64,000 nucleotides of DNA from Candidatus Zhuqueibacterota bacterium. Its GTDB lineage: Bacteria; Zhuqueibacterota; Zhuqueibacteria; Thermofontimicrobiales; Thiofontviventaceae. The stretch is from NCBI GenBank assembly GCA_036351795.1, contig JAZBPW010000174.1:339-64338 (forward strand), given 5' to 3'. The first letter of the stretch is position 1. The number at the start of each line of letters is the position of its first letter. Below, in pieces: positions 8,511-16,993 of the stretch. The notes under the pieces are model-generated. The model did no database searches, was not told where the DNA came from, and saw only the letters and a list, made by a program, of their open reading frames with translations. A program made the translations under genes and the position numbers.

Positions 8511-9545
8511 ATGAGAAAAATTTCAGTCTTGATCATGATCATATTCGTCTTTGGCGCGGTGAGTATCGCCGGTGCCGAAGATTTTTCAAAAGTTGGGACA
8601 TCCGTTGCCCAGTTTTTGAAAATACCAGCCGGAGCCAGAGGCGCTTCGCTGGGAGGGGCCTATGCCGCGGCAGCCGAAGATGTCTTCGCCATGGCGTGGA
8701 ATCCCGCCGGGCTTGGACATGTGAAGCGGACTTCTCTGGGCGGTACGTATAATAGCTACATCGCCGATTTGAGCTATAGCTATGTCGGCGTGGCAGTCCC
8801 GGTGGAGGGGTCGTCCACATTCGGTGTCAGCGCGTTATTTCTGACCACGGATCCCATCGAGATCACGACCATCGAACAGCCCAATGGAACGGGCACTTAC
8901 TACGACTACAGCGGTGTGGTGATCGGCGCGTCATACGCCCGGTGGTTCACCGACAGGCTATCCGTAGGACTGACCATCAAATTGATCCGTGAATCGATCT
9001 ACAGGGAGAGCGCCAGCGCGCTGGCGTTCGATATCGGCTCCCAGTTCGATACCGGCCTCTACGGCGTACGCCTGGCCATGTGTATATCCAACTTCGGCAG
9101 CAAGATGCAGATGGACGGCCCGGATATCAATACGGTATCCGATACCAATCCGAATCTTCAGGGTGACCGCACATCGGACAGCCGGCTTCGGACGCAGGAA
9201 TGGCCGTTGCCTCTGTTATTCAGAATGGGTATCATGATGGATATTTACGGTGGCACAGGTACATTTTTTACCGATGAAAATAATAGAGTGACGCTGATCG
9301 TCGACGCGAATGATCCCATCGACAACAACCTGCGCGGTAATTTCGGTCTGGAATACAACTGGAACAACATGCTATCACTGCGCGGCGGCTATCATTCGAA
9401 TTACGATGATGATACGCTGGGATTGACATTCGGCGGCGGTTTGAATTTCAAGTACGGAACCACGGATCTCAGCCTGGATTACGCGTATCAGGATTTCGGA
9501 CTGCTGAATTCAGTACATCAGTATACACTGTCTTTATATTTTTAA
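8511..9545 (+). CDS. PorV/PorQ-family (UPF0164/FadL-like) outer-membrane beta-barrel protein
   Basis: Signal peptide MRKISVLIMIIFVFGAVSIAGA. The N-terminal motif FSKVGTSVAQFLKIPAGARGASLGGAYAAAAEDVFAMAWNPAGLG is what I recall as diagnostic of PorV/PorQ-type barrels. The sequence has an amphipathic beta-strand pattern and ends ...YTLSLYF. It starts 26 nt after the upstream stop, with a GGAG RBS. Confidence 0.65.
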   Translation: MRKISVLIMIIFVFGAVSIAGAEDFSKVGTSVAQFLKIPAGARGASLGGAYAAAAEDVFAMAWNPAGLGHVKRTSLGGTYNSYIADLSYSYVGVAVPVEGSSTFGVSALFLTTDPIEITTIEQPNGTGTYYDYSGVVIGASYARWFTDRLSVGLTIKLIRESIYRESASALAFDIGSQFDTGLYGVRLAMCISNFGSKMQMDGPDINTVSDTNPNLQGDRTSDSRLRTQEWPLPLLFRMGIMMDIYGGTGTFFTDENNRVTLIVDANDPIDNNLRGNFGLEYNWNNMLSLRGGYHSNYDDDTLGLTFGGGLNFKYGTTDLSLDYAYQDFGLLNSVHQYTLSLYF

Positions 9546-9736
9546 GCTGAGTTCGTGAGGATCGTTTATTAAATTAAAGGAGGTGGTATACCGTTTTTGC
9601 ATCACTTGTTGAATCAACATGAGTAAAAAATGCATCTAACCATTTAGAATCGGTGAGGAGGTGGTGTGAACACAAAAGAAGAAGTCGTCATTAATTCATC
9701 GTTTCATTCAATCACTAACTTTATCAGGAGGAAAAC

Positions 9737-12700
9737 ATGGTAAAGAAAATGTTTACCGTTGTGATGGTTCTCTTCGTGATGTCGTTTTTCGCAGTGAGCC
9801 TGCTTGCAGATAATAAGGTTCCTGCAACGAAAAAAGAGACAGTCAAAAAAGTGGATGGTCTTCGATTAGACAAGTCGACCCCCGTCCCGAAAACAGAACA
9901 GGTGGAGGTTTATGCCTCTGACTTCGAAACAGAAGGCGAATGGACCCCGGAAAAAGTCAATGAGGGCGGGCAGGAGTTTGTATGGACTGAGGCCGATGCC
10001 AACAGCCCCACGCACAGCTGGAATGTGCCGGATGACATCGCCATGGATGAGGCGAGCTCAAATCCAACATATGCTGAAGTCTGGGGACCTGAGATTCTGC
10101 TTCCCACCGAAGTAGATGGTGATCCTGTTGCCAGAATTGAGGAAACATACTTCGTCAAAGCGATATCACCGAATACTGCTGAAGGTGGATATGTGTATGA
10201 CGTCTGGAGAGCACTCCTGGCTGTAGAAAATCCCTTTGGAACCTACTGGGTTGGCAGCGACGTTGACGCATTCGGTGGTACCGGTGTGTCCTGGTGGTGT
10301 GCCAATCCTGATGCAGGAACCTATGAAGATGTCTGGAATACTTCTCTGTCGACACCTACGATTGATCTCTCAGGTGCGGGTACAGTGACATTGAGTTTCA
10401 AAAATGCTCCGGATGCAGAAGCAGGCTGGGACTCCTGTTACGTTGAGATCTCAATAGACGGAGGCGCGAGTTGGGCAGTCGTTGACGCCTATTCAGAAGA
10501 AAATGATCCGGTCGTATACCGTGATGAAAGTTATGATATATCCGCCTTCAAATCGACTGATGTTGTCGTTCGCTTTCGATTTTTCTCGGATGCCAATACA
10601 ACATCTGAACACGGCTGGCACATCGATAATGTGGAGATCACAGACGGTGCGACACAATTCTTCTTCGATGATGGTGGCGATACGGCGCCATTGGCTTTGA
10701 TACCCGATCCCGAGCCATATTCTGTTAAAGAACTGCATTACGATTACGACAGAAATCAGTATGGTCCGAATGAGTGGACCATTGTCGATGAAGCTGCCAT
10801 TTTCAATGGCTCGCTCGACATAACTGAGTATGCAGGTGAAACGGTTAAACTGGGTTTCCGTGTATCGTCAGACGGCTGGAACAGGCTGGGCGAAGCCCCG
10901 GGCGCTGGAATTTTCTTCGACGATGTGGCTGTTCATGCTATTTCCGGTCAGCCGCATGATGCCGCAATCGGCAGAGTGATGGTCGGTTATCCGACGACCA
11001 ATGGCGTGGTGACGCCGCTGGCTGTGGATGTGGCAAACATCGGTTTCGAGCCTGAAACCGGTATCGGACTGTGGTATGCCTTCGATGATCAACAGGGAAT
11101 GCCAGTTCCGCCATTCATCGCACTGGACGCGGGACAGGATACGACGCGTATTTTCGGGACCGTGATGGCACAGCCCGTGGGACCGCACACGATGCGATCC
11201 TGGGCCACGCTGGCTAATGACGGGGATCTTTCTAATAATGAAAATGTGTCACCAGTATTTGCAACGCATCCTCCGGGATATGCCGAAATGGGATACGATA
11301 ATCGCTATGGTGCAGCCTTTTTAACAACTTCAACAAGTTTTGTATGGTTTTCTCCATTGCCAGAACTCGCCAGCACACCTTCTTTCGACCTTAACTGGGC
11401 GAGTGTTATGTTTTATGATGCTGGTGGTGCGGGCGATACTCTCGATGTGACCATCGCTGAAGTTGATCCGAACAATCCATTCACTTTTCTGAGAGTGATT
11501 CATGAAGGTCCGGAAATTCTGCCCCCGGGCGATTTTTCCACACATTACTTTGATTTCGATCCGCCGGTGAAGGGACTTACCGGTGATATCGTTGTTCTGG
11601 TCGATATGGCCAACAGCAACGGCAGCGGATCTGTTTTGATGGATGATGGTACGCCTTGGTTTGGTCATAATATCTTCTATGACGCACCCTCCGATGGCTG
11701 GTATTACTCGGGTTATGGCAGATTGATGAACATCGGTGTCAGCTATTACGATGCTCCCGAGATCATGAGCGTGCTGGATGTTCCCAATGATCAGGGCGGC
11801 AAAGTACTGGTCAGCTGGGAAGCTTCGCTCAACGAGATGGGACCCTTCAATATCGATATGTACGGCTTGTGGCACAAGGTCGATCCCGATCTCTTCGATA
11901 TGAGCACAGTCAATCCCGTGGAAGTGCCCAATATGGACGCGCTTTATGACTATGGAAAGAATGCCAAGAAAGACGATATCGTGACAGTGAGAACCACGGA
12001 AGATGTCGCGACATGGCGTTTCGTAGGCATGGTTCCGCCGCATCCGGGCATGCATCATTACAGCCTGGCTGCAGGCACATGGAAAGACTCCACCGTCGTC
12101 GACGGCCTGTATCTCAACACCTATATGGTAACGGCTTACGCCGAAGACGGCTTTGTGGATTCTGAGGAAGCCATGGGATATTCGGTAGACAACCTGCATC
12201 CGCATGTGCCCATGGGCTTTGCAGCTATGGAATCCGCCGGCAGTGTGAAGCTGACCTGGGAAGCGCCTGTGGATGAGGATTTCAACTACTTCGCACTGTA
12301 CCGTGAAGACATGACAGAACCTGTCGCCATGACGACGGAACTGGAATTCGTGGACACGGATGTTGAAATCGGCAAAGAGTACACCTATCATCTGACGGCT
12401 TTCGATTTCTCCGGAAACGAGAGCGGTCCGGCCGATGCGACATTGACGATGACGTCAGTGATCGGCAGCTCGAATATGATCCCCACCGAGTTCGCGTTGA
12501 GAAATAACTATCCCAACCCGTTCAATCCGGTGACGACGATCAAATACGAATTGCCCGATCCGAGCAATGTGACGATCAAAGTGCTCAACATCGCTGGCCA
12601 GGAAGTGGCCACGCTGGTGAACACGGATAAAACTGCGGGTTATCACACGATCAGCTGGGATGCGACGAACGTCGGCAGTGGTGTCTATTTCTACACCATG

Positions 12701-12748
12701 AAAGCCGGTAGCTTCAAAGCGACTCAGAAGATGATTTTGACCAAGTAA
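9737..12748 (+). CDS. Secreted 1003-aa protein with MAM-like/choice-of-anchor-J-like domain, FN3 domain and T9SS CTD
   Basis: AGGAGG RBS 5 nt upstream. Signal peptide MVKKMFTVVMVLFVMSFFAVSLLA. MAM-like signature ...VVRFRFFSDANTTSEHGWHIDNVEITDG. PNDQGG-initiated Ig/FN3-like module (VLDVPNDQGGKVLVSWEAS). FN3 (SVKLTWEAPVDEDFNYFALYRED...EYTYHLTAFDFSGNESGPA). CTD NNYPNPFNPVTTIKY...SGVYFYTMKAGSFKATQKMILTK. No HEXXH motif. Confidence 0.8.
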   Translation: MVKKMFTVVMVLFVMSFFAVSLLADNKVPATKKETVKKVDGLRLDKSTPVPKTEQVEVYASDFETEGEWTPEKVNEGGQEFVWTEADANSPTHSWNVPDDIAMDEASSNPTYAEVWGPEILLPTEVDGDPVARIEETYFVKAISPNTAEGGYVYDVWRALLAVENPFGTYWVGSDVDAFGGTGVSWWCANPDAGTYEDVWNTSLSTPTIDLSGAGTVTLSFKNAPDAEAGWDSCYVEISIDGGASWAVVDAYSEENDPVVYRDESYDISAFKSTDVVVRFRFFSDANTTSEHGWHIDNVEITDGATQFFFDDGGDTAPLALIPDPEPYSVKELHYDYDRNQYGPNEWTIVDEAAIFNGSLDITEYAGETVKLGFRVSSDGWNRLGEAPGAGIFFDDVAVHAISGQPHDAAIGRVMVGYPTTNGVVTPLAVDVANIGFEPETGIGLWYAFDDQQGMPVPPFIALDAGQDTTRIFGTVMAQPVGPHTMRSWATLANDGDLSNNENVSPVFATHPPGYAEMGYDNRYGAAFLTTSTSFVWFSPLPELASTPSFDLNWASVMFYDAGGAGDTLDVTIAEVDPNNPFTFLRVIHEGPEILPPGDFSTHYFDFDPPVKGLTGDIVVLVDMANSNGSGSVLMDDGTPWFGHNIFYDAPSDGWYYSGYGRLMNIGVSYYDAPEIMSVLDVPNDQGGKVLVSWEASLNEMGPFNIDMYGLWHKVDPDLFDMSTVNPVEVPNMDALYDYGKNAKKDDIVTVRTTEDVATWRFVGMVPPHPGMHHYSLAAGTWKDSTVVDGLYLNTYMVTAYAEDGFVDSEEAMGYSVDNLHPHVPMGFAAMESAGSVKLTWEAPVDEDFNYFALYREDMTEPVAMTTELEFVDTDVEIGKEYTYHLTAFDFSGNESGPADATLTMTSVIGSSNMIPTEFALRNNYPNPFNPVTTIKYELPDPSNVTIKVLNIAGQEVATLVNTDKTAGYHTISWDATNVGSGVYFYTMKAGSFKATQKMILTK

Positions 12749-12771
12749 TTTTTTGGTCATCAGCTTTAATG

Positions 12772-12808
12772 AAAGGGCCTTCGGTTTATACCGGGGCCCT
12801 TTTTTATT
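12772..12808 (+). terminator. Rho-independent terminator after the 9737-12748 gene
   Basis: AAGGGCC (12773-12779) pairs with GGCCCTT (12795-12801). The hairpin is followed by a T-rich tract TTTTTATT and begins 24 nt after the stop codon. Confidence 0.8.
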
Positions 12809-13186
12809 GTTGAATCACGAAGCACACGAAGAAAAAGAGTCAGAAGAGAGAACCGGCGCGTGTCATTGCGAGGATGACAGTGACGTAGTCACTGGACGAC
12901 GTGGCAATCTCGATAACCAATCATGCTGACTTTGGAGTGCATTTCATTCATGCGCTGCTCTTACAGGTGTCGTCCACCTCTCAGGTGGCCTACACCTTTC
13001 GGTATTTTATCATATTATTCATCCCGTTATCCTGTCAATTTGTTTTTCTCTGTATCCTTCGTGTCCTCTATGGTGATTCAGATCTTTCTCAGCGTCCTCC
13101 GCGTTCTCGGCGGTTAATATTTACTCATTCTTTGAAATATGAACGTCGGTGATGATCTCATCCTTTCAGAATTCCGTAATTTCACC

Positions 13187-13215
13187 TTGACTTTCTTCGC
13201 TGAAATGTGTAAATT
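13187..13215 (+). promoter_or_regulatory. Sigma70-type promoter of the protease operon (TTGACT-17-TAAATT)
   Basis: TTGACT at 13187-13192, an exactly 17-nt spacer, and TAAATT at 13210-13215. The -10 box lies 49 nt upstream of the S8 protease start. Confidence 0.5.
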
Positions 13216-13263
13216 AAATCTTTTGTAAGTGACAACTTTCCTGATATTTATAGGGCAATTTAT

Positions 13264-16200
13264 TTGACTAAATCTGTTGTATTTTTGCTGGTGATTCACC
13301 TCATGACAGGCGTTGTGACGGGAAAAGAACATTCTCCCCGTCCACATCTCCCGGGAATCGTTATCGTTAAATTGAACGCGGATATTCCATTCCGAAGTTC
13401 GCACGCATATCAACACCTGACTGAACAACATGCTGTGCTGAAAGTCGAGACTATGTTCGAGAAAATGAACCGGCATTCTCTGGTGAAAAAGAGTTTAGGC
13501 GGGATATACCGTTTGCAGTTGCCCGATCATGCAGACGTGATGAAAGTCTGCGGCATGCTGAACGGTCTTTCGGATGTGACGTACGCCGAACCCGATTACC
13601 TGCTTCCTGTGGAAGCTGTTCCCAACGATCCATATTTCAATATTCAATATCACCTGACGCAGATCCGCGCAGCAGAAGCATGGGATGTGGTGAAGGGCGA
13701 TTCCACGGTCATTATCGGCATCATCGATACCGGAGTGGACTGGGATCATCCGGATCTGGCGAACGCGATCTGGCAGAATGCCGATGAGAAGCTGAATGGG
13801 GAAGATACAGATAACAACGGCTATGCGGATGACGTCCGAGGCTGGGACTTTTTAGAATCGCATGCGTTTGATTACCCTCCCGCCTATGGTGAGGACGGTA
13901 TCGAAGCGGATAATGATCCAATGGATTTTGACGGCCATGGCACGCACGTGGCAGGGATTGCCGCGGCGGTCACCGATAATGCCGAGGGAGTCGCGTCTGT
14001 CTCATGGAATTGCTCGATCATGCCGCTCAGAGCCGGGTACAAAGCCACGGATGGCTATGGATATATCGTCATGTCTGCCGCGGCAGAGGCCTTTGTTTAT
14101 GCCGCGGATAATGGCGCGCATGTGGTCAATCTGAGCACAAGTGCGAGCAATACAATCGTTGACGCCGCCCGCTACGCCTTCGACAGCGGACTGGTCATCG
14201 TCAAATCAGCCGGGAATGACAATAGGAACACTCCCGATCTCCTTGAAACACAGCCATATTGCCTGAATGTGGCTGCTGTGGATCGTTTCGATCAGAAGAC
14301 TTGGTATTCTGATTACGGGAAATGGGTCAGTCTTTCGGCTCCGGGTGAAAGATCCTATACCACAGTTATCGACAAATATGGTTCTGTACAGGGAACATCC
14401 TATTGCTCACCCCAGGCGGCTGGTGTCGCCGCTTTGATCAGAACACAGCATCCTGACTGGAGTGCCGCGGATATCATTTTTCAGATCATGGGAACGGCGG
14501 ATAATATCAATCAGCAGAATCCAAATTACAGCGGTCTCCTGGGCAGCGGACGGATCAACGCGATTAGGGCTGTCACCGAATCCGTAATTCCTGCACCTAA
14601 TATCGAAATGAACGCAATTGTTCTCATTGGTGGCGATGATGATGGTATTGCAGAAGCAGGCGAACGGCTCTCATTGGTGGTGGAATTCGTCAACCGGATG
14701 GGGACGGCTGTGAATGTCATGGCAGAACTCATGATCGACCACTGGGCGGTGAGCATCGACAAGGGCAGTGCGTCTATCGGCGATATTCCCGGCCTTCGAA
14801 ATTTGGATGAAAATGTAAAAGACAATGAAGCAGATCCTTTCATCATAACCATCGATTCTCTGGCGATTCCACAGCGTGTATCCGGCACTGTAAAAGTACA
14901 CGATCAGAATGGCTACAGCCAATCCTTTGCTATTCATTTCGCCATTTCGCCGTCACTGTTGGTCGTGGATGATGAGGAATTGCAAAACGAATCCTACTAC
15001 TATGCTGCCCTGGATTCTCTGGGAATATCTTACGATTGCTGGAATCGCGATGCTCAGGGATCCCCTTTTATTTTGGGGAGATACCCCTCGGTCGTATGGT
15101 TTTGCGGCCACTGGACGATCCCCAGCCTCGATGCTGGCGACCGCGATGTTCTGAAGGCGTATCTGGACCAGGGAGGAAGTCTGTTCCTGTCAGGTCAGGA
15201 CATTGGATGGGATCTGTGCGATCCCAATCCACCAAAAGATTTCGCAAACCAGCGCATCATCTCCGATGGCGAATCAAAGAATTTCTATGAGGATTATCTT
15301 CGGGCGATTTACCTTAATGATGTGGCCGGCTATAGCCAGTTGAGCGGAGTCTCCGGAGATCCGATCGGGGATGGGACATCCTTCCAGATTTACCAGCCCG
15401 GTAGGCCGGTCACCGAACAATACCCCAGCGAGATCGCTCCCACAGACAGCGCCGCGCCTGTATTCGTATATCCGGATCAGGGCGCAGCTGCCGTCCGTCA
15501 TTCCGGTATTTACAGATCGGTCTATTTCGCTTTTGGCGGCTGGGAGGCTATCGTGGATGAAGCGCAGCGCTTCATTGTGATGGATCGAACGCTCGAGTGG
15601 ATGAATGGAGTGAGCATCGTCCACACCCCGTTGTCCAATGTCGGAGATACGACGCAGGCGCGAACCGTGAATGCTCAAGTCATTTCTGCGATGAGTCCGA
15701 TAGCACGCGTGGATCTGTTCTGGGATACCGATGGTGAGTATCCGTTTAAGAGAAAAAAGATGGAAAAGAGGGATGGAAATACCTACGAAGGCATGATTCC
15801 GGCTGCCGGTAGTAATGAGGTTCAGTATTTCATCCTTGCGAGCACTGAAAACGGCTACACGACGCCGGTGAAGATGCATACCTACACCAGCGAACTGGAT
15901 ACCGTGCCCCCGGTGATCTCTGGTGTGTCATCGATACCTAACTCTATTACCCGGCGGAGCGATCATCCGGTGTCCGCAGAAGTCGTCGATCAATATGGCG
16001 TTGACACCAGTTCGGTGAAGTGTGAGTTTCGGACGAGTTCGAACGATAGCGGCAGTTTTCACTTGACGCATCAGAATGGTAATCTGTTTTCAGGGATATT
16101 GAGTGGTGACTTTCATTACGGTGATACTGTTTTTTACAGAATTCATGCAATGGATCTCTCGCTGGAACAGAACAAAACTGTGAGTCGTAAATTGCATTTT

Positions 16201-16986
16201 ATTGTCGGCATGGAGGATTTCGAGACAGGATTGGCACATTGGAGTGGCGATTGGGGGCTGGACAGTATAACGGTGCATTCGGGCCGCTTCGCCCTGTCAG
16301 ATCATTCAAAATCCGGTATTGGTTATCCTGACAACAGCGAGTCGATCATCAGATTGAATGATGCGCTGGATTTTTCCGATGTGACTTCGGCATCGCTGCA
16401 GTTCTGGTCGAATCATGAGCTCGAAGATATGCAGGACTTCGGATACATAGAATTGAGCGGCGATGATGGTGCTACCTGGACAGGGATCGGGGAGTGCATC
16501 ACAGGCAGCTCCATCGATTGGAAGGAGTACAGTTATTCACTGGAGGATTTTATTGATTCCGGTGTTGACGTTTTTCAGTTGCGTTTTCGCCTGAGCACGG
16601 ATTCGTCGCAGGCAGTTCCGATGAGGGGATGGGCAATCGATGACATCAGGATCGTGAGCGAAACGTCAACATCGGCAGCAGGCATACTGACTGACGCGCA
16701 TGTGCCTGATAAATACTATTTGTCCCAGAATTATCCCAATCCGTTCAATCCGGGAACTTCGATTGAATACGGATTGTCGGCATATTCGAAAGTAAGAATT
16801 AATATTTACAACCTTTTAGGACAGCGGATCATGACGCTGGTCAATGAATTTAAAAGCGCGGGAGTGCATGAAGTCGCATGGGATGGTCTTGATGCAAATG
16901 GAGTCCGCCAACCCAGCGGAGTATATATTTACACAATGATAACGAACGAATATATTCAAACCAATAAAATGATATTGTTGAGGTAA
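13264..16986 (+). CDS. Subtilisin-family (S8) serine protease, multidomain, with MAM-like module and T9SS CTD
   Basis: TTG start is the first start codon after the in-frame stop at 13210. Short signal peptide MTKSVVFLLVIHLMTGVVTG. Pro-domain ending ...VTYAEPDYLLP. Catalytic triad motifs IIDTGVDWDHPDL (Asp), DGHGTHVAGIAAA (His) and GTSYCSPQAAGVAALI (Ser). MAM-like module ...FQLRFRLSTDSSQAVPMRGWAIDDIRIV. CTD QNYPNPFNPGTSIEY...SGVYIYTMI...NKMILLR. Confidence 0.9.
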   Translation: MTKSVVFLLVIHLMTGVVTGKEHSPRPHLPGIVIVKLNADIPFRSSHAYQHLTEQHAVLKVETMFEKMNRHSLVKKSLGGIYRLQLPDHADVMKVCGMLNGLSDVTYAEPDYLLPVEAVPNDPYFNIQYHLTQIRAAEAWDVVKGDSTVIIGIIDTGVDWDHPDLANAIWQNADEKLNGEDTDNNGYADDVRGWDFLESHAFDYPPAYGEDGIEADNDPMDFDGHGTHVAGIAAAVTDNAEGVASVSWNCSIMPLRAGYKATDGYGYIVMSAAAEAFVYAADNGAHVVNLSTSASNTIVDAARYAFDSGLVIVKSAGNDNRNTPDLLETQPYCLNVAAVDRFDQKTWYSDYGKWVSLSAPGERSYTTVIDKYGSVQGTSYCSPQAAGVAALIRTQHPDWSAADIIFQIMGTADNINQQNPNYSGLLGSGRINAIRAVTESVIPAPNIEMNAIVLIGGDDDGIAEAGERLSLVVEFVNRMGTAVNVMAELMIDHWAVSIDKGSASIGDIPGLRNLDENVKDNEADPFIITIDSLAIPQRVSGTVKVHDQNGYSQSFAIHFAISPSLLVVDDEELQNESYYYAALDSLGISYDCWNRDAQGSPFILGRYPSVVWFCGHWTIPSLDAGDRDVLKAYLDQGGSLFLSGQDIGWDLCDPNPPKDFANQRIISDGESKNFYEDYLRAIYLNDVAGYSQLSGVSGDPIGDGTSFQIYQPGRPVTEQYPSEIAPTDSAAPVFVYPDQGAAAVRHSGIYRSVYFAFGGWEAIVDEAQRFIVMDRTLEWMNGVSIVHTPLSNVGDTTQARTVNAQVISAMSPIARVDLFWDTDGEYPFKRKKMEKRDGNTYEGMIPAAGSNEVQYFILASTENGYTTPVKMHTYTSELDTVPPVISGVSSIPNSITRRSDHPVSAEVVDQYGVDTSSVKCEFRTSSNDSGSFHLTHQNGNLFSGILSGDFHYGDTVFYRIHAMDLSLEQNKTVSRKLHFIVGMEDFETGLAHWSGDWGLDSITVHSGRFALSDHSKSGIGYPDNSESIIRLNDALDFSDVTSASLQFWSNHELEDMQDFGYIELSGDDGATWTGIGECITGSSIDWKEYSYSLEDFIDSGVDVFQLRFRLSTDSSQAVPMRGWAIDDIRIVSETSTSAAGILTDAHVPDKYYLSQNYPNPFNPGTSIEYGLSAYSKVRINIYNLLGQRIMTLVNEFKSAGVHEVAWDGLDANGVRQPSGVYIYTMITNEYIQTNKMILLR

Positions 16987-16993
16987 TGTAAAA

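Noticed and set aside
11330-12391. 353-aa ORF on the minus strand
   Set aside because: It is entirely antisense to the well-supported 9737-12748 gene, which has a signal peptide, FN3 and a CTD. Its composition is His/Arg/Ile-rich junk with no motif and no RBS. It is the typical shadow ORF of a codon-biased gene.
12901-13152. 83- and 64-aa ORFs in the protease-operon upstream region
   Set aside because: They have no RBS and are overlapping alternative frames with hydrophobic or Arg-rich nonsense composition. The region is better described as non-coding (see the finding at 12809-13186).
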